Program-made: the position numbers and the translations under genes | Shown here: piece after piece, positions 10,328 through 20,326 of the stretch | Layout of the letters: each line of letters opens with the position of its first letter | Position numbering within the stretch: position 1 is the first letter of the stretch | Assembly: GCA_044892505.1 (NCBI GenBank) | Contig: CM097882.1 | Location: 419,926,001 to 419,990,000, forward strand | Reading direction: 5' to 3' | Source: Schmidtea nova | Taxonomy: Eukaryota | Length of the DNA: 64,000 nucleotides | The notes under the pieces: model-generated | The model's database searches: none | Seen by the model: only the letters and a program-made list of their open reading frames with translations | What the model was told of the DNA's origin: nothing

Positions 10328-11544
10328 TTTGCGGTAAATCTGAATTATGTCTTTTTGATCGACCATCACCTCAAGCAGTTATTGAATATGGAGTGTTTGA
10401 AGATGTATTTCCAATGAATTCTATTACAGATAGTAGAAATGATGTTGAATTTTACATTAATGGATCGGCAACTGAATATTTGGATTTGAACGATACTTTA
10501 TTATCCGTTACTGTCAAGGTTCTAGATAAAGATAAAAATAAATTAGTTGATGCGAGTGATGTTGTGCCTAATAATTACCTGTTTCATACTCTTTTCAACG
10601 ATGCGATTCTTGGATTTAATAATATAAAAATCGAGGGTAGAAACAATACATATGCACACAAGGCCATAATCGAAACTGTTTTAAATTATACTAGCGATAC
10701 AAAAGAAACATGTCTTACTCCAATGGGATCAATTTCATCTGACGATAGGAAAAAGTGGATCAAGGGATCTAAACTTTTCAACATGTGTTCATCATTACAA
10801 CTCGATTTTATGGATCAACCTAAATACTTACTTCCCGGAGTTAATGTACATATTAGATTGAAGAGATCTGAATCTTCATTATCATTGAAATCTGCAGCTG
10901 GGAAACCAATAATCCAATTAGTAGACGCTAAATTAATGGTTCGAAGAGTTCGATGTGAATCTTCAGTTTTGGCCGGTCATCAAATTGGTTTAAATAGTAA
11001 ACATGCAATTTATCCATTAAAATCCAAAGAAATCGTATCGTTTGCAATCGGTAAAGGCGCATCGTCATTTTACAAGGAGCAAATATTTGGAGATAGAAGA
11101 ATGCCTAATTTCATTCTTGTGGCTTTTCAAACTGAAAATCAATATAATGGATCATATGCTGAATCTGCATCTACATTCAAACATTTCAATGTGACTTCAT
11201 TATCGTTATCGAAAAATACCGATTTTCGAGAAACTTATACTCAAGATTTTGAAAATGATAATTTTAGTGCCACATATATGCAAAGTCTTGTCAGAAATCT
11301 CGGATATTTGGATAAAAACTTGAATTGCGGTATAAGTCTGGATGAATTTAAAACTAAATATCCATTCTTTACATTTGTGCTCGCTCCCGATTTTGATTTG
11401 AATCAAAGTCAAATCCCTCAAAACGGAAATTTACGACTCGATATAAAGTTTGCAAAACCCATTGATGAACCGGTTCATGTAATTATATATGGAGTTTTTG
11501 AAAATGAAGTTCAAATTACTGCCAATCGAACAGTACTAGTTTGA
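10324..11544 (+). CDS. Polinton/adintovirus major capsid protein (double jelly-roll, hexon-like)
   Basis: Intact 406-aa ORF with CGKSELCLF, VEFYING...YLDLNDTLL, QPKYLLPGVNVHIRLKR and a C-terminal G.LRLDIKFAKP...VIIYGVFENEVQI, matching remembered Polinton MCP motifs; it lies between penton and protease. Confidence 0.9.
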   Translation: MICGKSELCLFDRPSPQAVIEYGVFEDVFPMNSITDSRNDVEFYINGSATEYLDLNDTLLSVTVKVLDKDKNKLVDASDVVPNNYLFHTLFNDAILGFNNIKIEGRNNTYAHKAIIETVLNYTSDTKETCLTPMGSISSDDRKKWIKGSKLFNMCSSLQLDFMDQPKYLLPGVNVHIRLKRSESSLSLKSAAGKPIIQLVDAKLMVRRVRCESSVLAGHQIGLNSKHAIYPLKSKEIVSFAIGKGASSFYKEQIFGDRRMPNFILVAFQTENQYNGSYAESASTFKHFNVTSLSLSKNTDFRETYTQDFENDNFSATYMQSLVRNLGYLDKNLNCGISLDEFKTKYPFFTFVLAPDFDLNQSQIPQNGNLRLDIKFAKPIDEPVHVIIYGVFENEVQITANRTVLV

Positions 11545-11618
11545 GCAAAGCTTAAACACTGTTGGTTTAAGCAGAGCTTAAACAGTATTGGTTTGAGCAG
11601 AGCTCAAATAGTATAAAT
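11545..11618 (+). promoter_or_regulatory. Three copies of a ~26-bp repeat containing (A/G)TTGG, followed by TATAAA; putative protease promoter
   Basis: GAGCAAAGCTTAAACACTGTTGGTT / AAGCAGAGCTTAAACAGTATTGGTT / GAGCAGAGCTCAAATAGTATAAATG. Confidence 0.5.
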
Positions 11619-11649
11619 GACCAAAGTTATTATTATTATTATTATTATC

Positions 11650-12027
11650 ATGGAGTAAGTTTTTTAATTGATTAATTATTTATTTTTAATTAGTTCTATT
11701 CAGGTATTACATCAAGGTAAAAAACTATTGGGAAATCAATTTATTGGAGTATTTCCGCTAGATAAAATACCTTATTTGAAAATGAATCAAGCCATCATTG
11801 TAAATACTCAGACATCTACGTTGGGTGGTGAACATTGGATTGCAGTTTACGTGAAACCAGATCGAATACATGTATTTGATCCCTTTGGGTATTATTATCC
11901 GAATTTACTTGTTCGAAAACTTCAAACTATCGGTAAACCTATTGTGTATAATAGAATTCGATATTAGCATCCCTTAACAATCACTTGTGGTGAACATTGC
12001 CTTGCATGGTTGAAATCAATGTTATAA
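11650..12027 (+). pseudogene. Adenain-like cysteine protease with a 39-nt intron (11655-11693) and in-frame TAG at 11965-11967
   Basis: ATG GA|GTAAGT...TTAG|T TCT gives MDSIQV. Motifs: FIGVFPLD, IVNT, GEHWIAV (His), VFDPFG (Asp), Y*HPLTITCGEHC (the stop replaces the conserved Gln before the catalytic Cys). Confidence 0.9.
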
Positions 12028-12059
12028 ACAATTTCTTTTAATAAATTTTATTTGAAAAA

Positions 12060-12461
12060 ATGTCTTGTTATTTTATCGATTTTTATGGATATAATGAATT
12101 GGGTGGAACAACAATTAAGGAATTATGTATTATGAATGTCAATAATATTTTCACACCCCAGTATTATATATACAGTGATTTATCTTTCTGGCCTGATCGT
12201 ATAGAATCGTTTGAAGGACAAGATTATTTTTGCCCAAAATGTATAATGGATGATATAACAGATAAAGGAGCTATTTTCTATGTTACAGATAATGAAAAGT
12301 TGCATGTTTTGAAGAAGTATTTCCCTAAATTAAGATTAATTAAATGTAATTTTAAAGAAGTTGAATATGTTCCAGAAAACATCTCATGTCCCTATAAAGA
12401 TCATTGTATGTGTGCCTATAAAGGGTGCTTGTCTGCTGTTGTAGATTATTTAAAACAATAA
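12060..12461 (+). CDS. Small Cys/His-rich Polinton-associated protein, 133 aa
   Basis: Intact ORF with YFIDFYGY, IKELCI, FCPKC and CPYKDHCMCAYKGC; paralog at 1-357. Confidence 0.85.
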   Translation: MSCYFIDFYGYNELGGTTIKELCIMNVNNIFTPQYYIYSDLSFWPDRIESFEGQDYFCPKCIMDDITDKGAIFYVTDNEKLHVLKKYFPKLRLIKCNFKEVEYVPENISCPYKDHCMCAYKGCLSAVVDYLKQ

Positions 12462-12594
12462 ATGTATTTTATTATTTTTTTATTAATTATTTTTATTAAT
12501 TTTTATTTTTTTATTATTATTAATATTAAATATTATTATTTTAATCACAAAGGCATGACCAGTGCGTGATAGATGCATGATAAAACATGTGATT

Positions 12595-12755
12595 TCATGA
12601 CGTCACATGTCTTTGTCGCGATACAAAGCAAGTATCGTGACGTCAAACACATAAACAAAGGTACATTATGTGTGCAGTATGTGTGCATGTATTTGCCTAT
12701 CCTATCTCGATTCTGATTGGTCGATTAATAAAATTCATCTTTATATAGTATATAC
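12595..12755 (+). promoter_or_regulatory. Putative promoter of the unit-B leader/PolB transcript: two CRE-like palindromes, inverted CCAAT box and TATA
   Basis: TGACGTCA at 12598 and 12638, ATTGG at 12716, TATATAGTATATA at about 12742, ATG at 12825. Confidence 0.55.
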
Positions 12756-12824
12756 TTGCATTATTTCGTCACTTTTTACTCACAAATTTTTAAAAAATAT
12801 ACTAAATTCAATCAATTATTCAAT

Positions 12825-13189
12825 ATGCAAAATATGAAATTAAACTTGGAACGAAGAGTCGCCGGAGGAATTAATAGTAAGATTTTTATTTTATTTTATT
12901 ATTATTATTAATTTCTTTTTTTTTCAAGCTATTAATATCGCAAATAATGTGGCAGGATCCTCAACAACTGGACTGAGAAATCAAAATGATTTAATTGGTA
13001 AAAATTATTACTATTTTATTTTAATTTTCTTTAATATTAATTTTGTAGTAAACAATTACCAAGATGTGGATATCGATGCCCCTCTTAATGATGATGTCAT
13101 GCTTAATGTTGATGTCCCGCTTAATGTTGATGCTCCGATTATTGAAGTCCCGATTTTCAATGGCCAGAGTTTTAAAAACTCTCGAAAAT
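12825..13189 (+). CDS. Multi-exon small leader gene of unit B (exons 12825-12876, 12929-12997, 13049-about 13189), phase-1 introns
   Basis: GT...AG introns of 52 and 51 nt. The joined frame is open (MQNMKLNLERRVAGGINTINIANNVAGSSTTG...VNNYQDVDIDAPLNDD...); it occupies the same position as the 904-1490 gene. The 3' end is uncertain. Confidence 0.65.
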
Positions 13190-14093
13190 GTAATTTTTTA
13201 TTCTTATTTTTTTATATGATGATAATAATAGTATTTTTGGTATTTTTAATTAATTCATATGGATATTTTTAATTAATTTATGAAAAAGAATTTATATTAT
13301 TATTATAAAATAAAGATGATTTTAATGATGAATTTAATAAATGATGAAGAAGAATATGACAAAGTATTGTTGCTGATGAAATGATTATGTTTATTTTTTG
13401 ATGAAATGACAAAGAAGATACATTTTGATGAAGAATATGACGAAATAATAATGAACTATTTTATTGATGAAATTAATAGCAGATGAAGAATATGACAAAA
13501 TAATGATGAATGGAATATTTGATGATCAAATGATAAAGAAGATGAATTCTGATGAAGAAATTTTTTATCATTATTAATGATGATGAAATTATTTTTTTTT
13601 ATTATGACGAATTAATGATGTTAATATTTTTTATAATGATATAATAATGATGAATTATTTTATATTAAATTTAATATTGAATCTACCTTTTATCATATTA
13701 AGTAATTGTTTAAAATATATTATTTAATATGTTAAAAGGTAGATTACTAAGATTAACAAGATGAATTTAGATGTTATATAATGATGATATTTTTTTTAAT
13801 GTCAACAAAAATAGGATAATATGACGAAAACTTTTATATTAATTTATATTTAACATATTAAGTAGTATATAATTCAAACAATTACTTAATATGTTAAAGG
13901 TAAATTAATAAATATGATATTAACAATGCGAATATTGACGAATTGGAATAAAAGTTTTTAAACTATTTTTAATAAAATATAATGATTATATTAGTATTTT
14001 TTTTAACAATTTATAATTATTTAACCATTTATAAATATTATTTAACCATTTATAATTTAACCATTTTATTTAAATTTTTTTTTTAACATTCAG

Positions 14094-17000
14094 GTTCAAT
14101 TTATTACAATTTTTGTAATAGTAGTTCCCATAGTGACTGTCATGTCATTATGAAAAATACTATTCATTTAAATATAATGGTGTCACCCACCTCCTCTGCC
14201 CTAATTGTAAAATTATTGAAACAACATCTTATAGGGAATTTTATATCTTTCATAGGTCACACCTTTCTCAATACATGACTTCGAAAAAATCTCTTTTTAA
14301 TAGCTTATATGCTAATTATATTTTTAATAATAATACCTTTAATCGAAATAATATTAACAACAACAACAACAACTATCATAATACAATTAATAAAAATATT
14401 CTAAATAATCTACAAAATAAGAATACAATTAATCAAAATAATAACCTAAATCAAAATAATAACCTAAATCAAAATAATAATCTACAAAATAATAATAATA
14501 TACAAAATAATCTAAATAATACATCTAATTTAAATAAACGTAAAAATACAACATTAATGGATTCAGTTCCTAAAAAACTTATAATAATCGACATCNNNNN
14601 NNNNNNNNNNNNNNNNNNNNNNNNNNNNNNNNNNNNNNNNNNNNNNNNNNNNNNNNNNNNNNNNNNNNNNNNNNNNNNNNNNNNNNNNNNNNNNNNNNNN
14701 NNNNNNNNNNNNNNNNNNNNNNNNNNNNNNNNNNNNNNNNNNNNNNNNNNNNNNNNNNNNNNNNNTGAAGATGATCATATTTATAATAAAAGTAGCAATA
14801 TAGATATTATATCTGCCATTGACGATGACTTAATCGTCGTCAATGATGATGAATTTAATGAAATGATAAATATTATAAATAATAATAATCAAATTGGTAT
14901 GGGTATTGTTGAAGTTACTTCCGACTTGAACGATACCCATTTTATTATAAAAATGGACGTTTCTAATTTATTATTAAAAACGGTCTCTGTGCCGGATATA
15001 TTGTTAGAGAAATTAAACTCATATATAATTAAATTAAAATCATGTAAAATACAATTTTGTCTCAAGGTAGAATTTGAGAAAGATGATCAATTACAATCTT
15101 TTGTAATCTCAAATTCTGCCAGAGAGTGGAGTGATACCTTTATTGAGGAAGGTATCACTAGTTTAAATGAGAAGATTGTCCAGATTAACGAAAAGGGGAG
15201 TAATTGGACAATCTCCAAAATCGAATATATTAGTTTTTTAGTTACAAAATTTTCAGAGATTAGTAGGTTGAGCGGCAGCAGTTATATCGAAACTCCTAAT
15301 ACATTAAAAAATTTAAGTTGCCTAGTTAATGTCAACAATAACGACACTTATTGCTTTCTATATAGTTTTTTAGCAATAGTTAAATATGATAGTATTGAAC
15401 GCCAATACCGGCATAGGGTTACTTCTTACGATCTTTCCCAACTGACTTTTGACCCGAATGACATGCCTATGAAATTAGTCAACATTAAGAAATTCGAGAG
15501 GCAAAACCCCGGCTACAGCATTAATGTCCTTACATATGACGAAAAGGCCCAAATAGATATAAGTGATAGCGATAATGATGATAATGTCGTTCTTAAACAC
15601 CCTTTTATAGACATAGTATATCGCAGTAAAGTAGTCGGGGCAATTCCAATAAATTTACTTCTCTTGGAGAAAAAAGATAATTTTCATTATCTCGCGATTA
15701 CCGATCTGAATCGCTTTTTGAATTGCCGAAATAGTACCATCACCCCAGTTAGGATTTGCAGCCAATGGTGCCCTCGTTGCTTGAATGGCTTTAGGAACGA
15801 CGAAGCCTTTAATCGTCATAAGGGTCTTTGTACCAAAAATCAGTTGGGTACCACACTCTACACATTACCCAAAAATAAATTTTTAGAGTTTACTGATTGG
15901 AAGAAAACAGTAACTCCTCCTTTCGTAATATATGCTGATTTCGAAGCAATATTACCCAAAGATATTATTCATCACCAAAAACATATTCCTATTGCTGCCG
16001 GTCTTCTTCTGATAAACAACTTTACTGGGGTCAGAATTTACAAGTCTTTTGTAGGATTAGACTGTGTTGACCAATTTCTAAATGAAATTGAGTCAATCAG
16101 TAGATATATAGTCACTCCCTATTATTTTAAGAATTATAAAAAGCGCATGACCATCACTGCGACTTAACAGCGAGAATTTGACAATAGCACTAATTGCTAT
16201 TTATGTAAAAAGCTTTTAAATACCCCTGTTAGGGATCATGACCATTTCACCGGTCTTTATATTGGAGCAGCCTGCTCAGAGTGCAACAAGTCCCGGCAAA
16301 TAAGACACTCTTTGCCTGTTATCTTTCATAACTTGAAGGGCTATGATTTGCACCATATCTTAAAATATGGTCTTTCAAAATACAACACTTGGAATATCAG
16401 TTGTATTCCCTTGACTAGTGAAAAGTTTTTAAGCCTTTTCGCTTATATAGACAGTCTTACTGTTAAATTTATTGACTCCTATCAATTTGTGAGTGAGTCC
16501 TTGAACAATGCCGAAAAAACCCTTAGTTCTTTACCATTAACTCAGTCAGAATTTCGTGGCACTATAGTGACTGCCAAGGGCATCTTTCCATACGACGCTG
16601 CCACTTCTTTAGAAGTATTTAAATCTACCTTGTGTTTACCACCTAAATGGAAAGATATAACTGCTGTCGAGTATGCTGCGGCCCATAAAATTTGGCAAGA
16701 AACCTCATGTACATCACTGTACGATTACATGATGGTTTATTTGAAACTAGATGTTTTTTTATTAGCTGACTACTTTCAGCAATTTCGAATAAAACCAATT
16801 AACCATAACAGGCTTGAGCCTTTAAGTTTTCTCGGAATTCCCGGCATGTCGTGGAGTTCCGCTTTATTAACTCTTGACTCTCCTATCAAGCTCCTCGCCG
16901 ATATAAAGATGTATAACTTTTTCGAGGGCGGTATTCGCGGCGGACTAACGTTTGTCAATAAACATTATGTCAAAACGAGCCCGGATACCGCACTATTATA

Positions 17001-18271
17001 TATTGACATTAATAATTTATATGGGTGGGCCTTAAGCCAACCCTTGCCATGTGGTAATTTTGAGTGGGTCACTGATGACCAATTATTAAATAATATCGTG
17101 TTGCAGTGCACATCGGAAAATCTCGATACACTTCATTATGGTTACACCATAGAAGTGGATTTGGAAATTCCGGCATCGATTCACGACAAACTGGATGATC
17201 TTCCAGTTGCCGCTGAAAAGATGTGTGCACCGGGATCCAAGGTTGAGAAGCTGTTGCTAACGCATCTTCCAAAGAAGAATTATGTTATTCATTGGCGGCT
17301 TCTGCAACTATTTATTAAAATTGGTGTGAAAGTAACGCACATACATCGCGCTATTAAATATAACCAAGAAAAAATCTTTTTTAATTACATAAATATAAAT
17401 ACCAGTTTACGAGCGGCTGCAACTAACAAGCTCGACAAAGATTTTTACAAATTATTAAATAATAGTCTCTACGGCAAAACCGTAGAGAACTTAAAAAAAC
17501 GTATTAATTTGCGACTGTGTAACTCAGCACAAAAACTGCTGACTTACACGTCGAAACCAAATTTTAAAAAAACAAACAAAATCGATAGTGATCTGATCTC
17601 TGTATTGCTTCAGAAGGAATCAGTATGTTTGGATAGACCCAGCTACATCGGACAAACCGTACTGGATTTATCCAAACTTCGTATGTACCAGCTGCAGTAT
17701 GAAGAGTTACAAAAATATCGTAACGACTTCAACTGCGAAATTAACATCGTTGCTGGGGATACTGATTCCTTCTTCTTGGAAATAAAAAATCTGCCTTTGG
17801 ACACTCTTTTAGCTGCCATGATTCGCGATAGGCTTTTGGACACCTCTAATTACGACACTCGTCATACATTGTATAGTAGGACCCTTGATTCTGTGATTGG
17901 TAAATTTAAGGATGAGAACAAGGGTCTACTGTATGATGAGTGGGTTTTCTTAAGACCTAAATGTTATAGCTTGATGGGAGACGAGGCCTGCATGAAAGCT
18001 AAGGGTATCTGTTTAAAAGATGCAGGTCTCACACATCAGTCTTATCTCGACTGTTTTCTTAATGACAAAATCTATAATGTCCCCCAGTTCCGCATTACGA
18101 GCAAAAACCACCAACTTTTTAGTATTAAAAGCAATAAGAGAGCCTTATCTTGTAGGGACGATAAGAGGAACTGGGTGGATAAAAATAAAAGTTTGGCGTA
18201 TGGCCATTATATGGGGGGTGACACCACTATATTTGTAGGTGATGATGGATCAGAACAGCAGCAGCAGCTTC

Positions 18272-18351
<80 letters not shown>

Positions 18352-18411
18352 GGTCCGGCAGATGACCCCTACGAGTTTTACGATCCGACTGCTCGAGACT
18401 ACTTCGGATAA
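14094..18411 (+). pseudogene. polB: pPolB of unit B, with a 1-nt frameshift at about 14157, in-frame TAA at 16165-16167 and a C-terminal polyQ
   Basis: Track ORFs 14275 and 16312 share one frame and carry the same motif set as PolB-A (YADFEA, RDHDHFTG, YIDINNLYG, KLLNNSLYGK, GDTDSFF, KFKDE). Homology to PolB-A extends up to an AG acceptor at 14092-14093. Confidence 0.95.
18271..18351 (+). repeat. (CAA)27 microsatellite encoding polyQ in the PolB-B tail
   Basis: Read directly; in frame with PolB-B. Confidence 0.95.
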
Positions 18412-19273
18412 TGATGATGTTGGCAAGGATGAGAATGATGATGAGAATGACATGGAAAAAAAAACCAAAAAAAAAAGATATAAAGAAAATCAAAAACCAA
18501 AAAGATATGAGAATGAACAATCGGCCCTCTTCAGGGCCACAAATTATGATTGTGTAAAATAAACAGTTTTAGAAATCATTAATAAAAACCGAAAACAGAA
18601 AACCGAAAAGAAAACGGAAAAGAAATAATGAAACAGAAACCTAATAGAAATAATTAGAATTAAAAAAACAGAAAAGAAAACAGAAAATGAAGCCGATTCA
18701 GATTGTGAAAGATATAACGGTCCTCTTTAGGGCTTATATATTTTGATTGTAATAAATTGCGCAAACAATTAAAACTACGGATTTATTAATTTTTTGTTAT
18801 GTGTTGCTTATTTTTTTTTAAATGGTTATTTTTTATTTCAAGTTTTTTATAAGTTTAGTNNNNNNNNNNNNNNNNNNNNNNNNNNNNNNNNNNNNNNNNN
18901 NNNNNNNNNNNNNNNNNNNNNNNNNNNNNNNNNNNNNNNNNNNNNNNNNNNNNNNNNNNNNNNNNNNNNNNNNNNNNNNNNNNNNNNNNNNNNNNNNNNN
19001 NNNNNNNNNNNNNNNNNNNNNNNNNNNNNNNNNNNNNNNNNNNNNNNNNNNNNNNNNNNNNNNNNNNNNNNNNNNNNNNNNNNNNNNNNNNNNNNNNNNN
19101 NNNNNNNNNNNNNNNNNNNNNNNNNNNNNNNNNNNNNNNNNNNNNNNNNNNNNNNNNNNNNNNNNNNNNNNNNNNNNNNNNNNNNNNNNNNNNNNNNNNN
19201 NNNNNNNNNNNNNNNNNNNNNNNNNNNNNNNNNNNNNNNNNNNNNNNNNNNNNNNNNNNNNNNNNNNNNNNNA

Positions 19274-19735
19274 GTTCTTTGTTTAGTTTGCACGTGGATT
19301 GCAAAGTCCTTGTTTAGTTTGCACGTGTGTTGCAATGTCTCTGTTTAACTTGCATACGTGTTGCAATGTCTTTGTTCATGTTGCACATGTATTGCAATGT
19401 CTTTGTTTAGTTTGCACGCGTGTTGCAAAGTTTTCGATGACTCATATTTGTGTTAAAAAAATTTGTGTTAAAAAAATTTGTGTTAAAAAAATTTGTGTTA
19501 AAAAAATTTGTGTTATAAAAATTTGTGTTAAAAAAATTTGTGTTAAAAAAATTTGTGTTAAAAAAATTTGTGTTAAAAAAATTTGTGTTAAAAAAATTTG
19601 TGTTAAAAAAATTTGTGTTAAAAAAATTTGTGTTAAAAAAATTTGTGTTAAAAAAAAAATTTGAAAAAAATTTTTGGCGCGAAAAAAATTTGAAAAAAAA
19701 GTATGAGTCATCGATGACTCATCGATGAGTCATCG
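19274..19735. repeat. Composite array: ~30-bp TGCACGTG/TTGCAATGTCTTTGTT units, about 14 copies of 15-bp TGTGTTAAAAAAATT, then three 11-bp ATGA(G/C)TCATCG units
   Basis: Read directly; it occupies the same position downstream of PolB as the 7800-8930 array. Confidence 0.95.
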
Positions 19736-19747
19736 AAAAAAATTCTA

Positions 19748-19779
19748 CCCCCCTTCTCCCCCCGGGGGGAGGGGGTCTT
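19748..19779. other. C-run/G-run palindrome at the end of the array
   Basis: Perfect 16-bp palindrome CTCCCCCCGGGGGGAG at 19756-19771, followed by GGGGTCTT. Confidence 0.8.
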
Positions 19780-20288
19780 TGTTCTCTTTTTTCCGCCCAC
19801 GCAATGAGTCATAATGTCTTTGTTCCCGGCTCCACACATCTACCTACTTCGAAGCACGGCGAAACCTGAAAGGAATAACATAATAATAAACAGTAATAAC
19901 AATACAGAACTTGCCACTCGACCGAGATGAGATAGCTGTGTGATGAGCGAACAAAAACAATCAGGCGAGAACAAGAGCTGTCAAAATATCAGCAATAAAG
20001 AAAGCACAATATATAATAAATTACCATTGAGTAATTGAAAACCACTGAGGCCTGAAACAGAAAAGCGATGAATAATAAAATCTGTCAATAGAATTACCAG
20101 AGCAAAACGAAATTGCTGAACGCAGCAAATGCGGGGGCGGATTTCTTGGATAATAAATAAAAAACTAAAATAACAATAAAACCAATTAATCATAAGCAAT
20201 GAGTAATTACCAAAACTCATCGGTTTAATGAAAGAAAAATAAACAATTAAAAAATAAACGAATGACAAATAGACAACCATACTGAATT

Positions 20289-20326
20289 CTGATTGGTCAG
20301 AAGGCAAGGCCAAAACAATATATAAG
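20289..20326 (+). promoter_or_regulatory. Putative CCAAT plus TATA promoter
   Basis: CTGATTGGTC at 20289 and TATATAAG at 20319, the same layout as the unit-B promoter. Confidence 0.45.

Noticed and set aside
5025-18562. Short antisense or alternate-frame ORFs over PolB, penton, MCP and the CAA tract (e.g. 5025, 5071, 9249, 11206, 16776, 18227, 18239, 18250)
   Set aside because: They are shadows of real coding frames or microsatellite translations with no independent motifs.
19299-19728. ORFs with KKICV / QIFLT / LKKFV repeats
   Set aside because: They are translations of the 15-bp tandem repeat, open in several frames on both strands.
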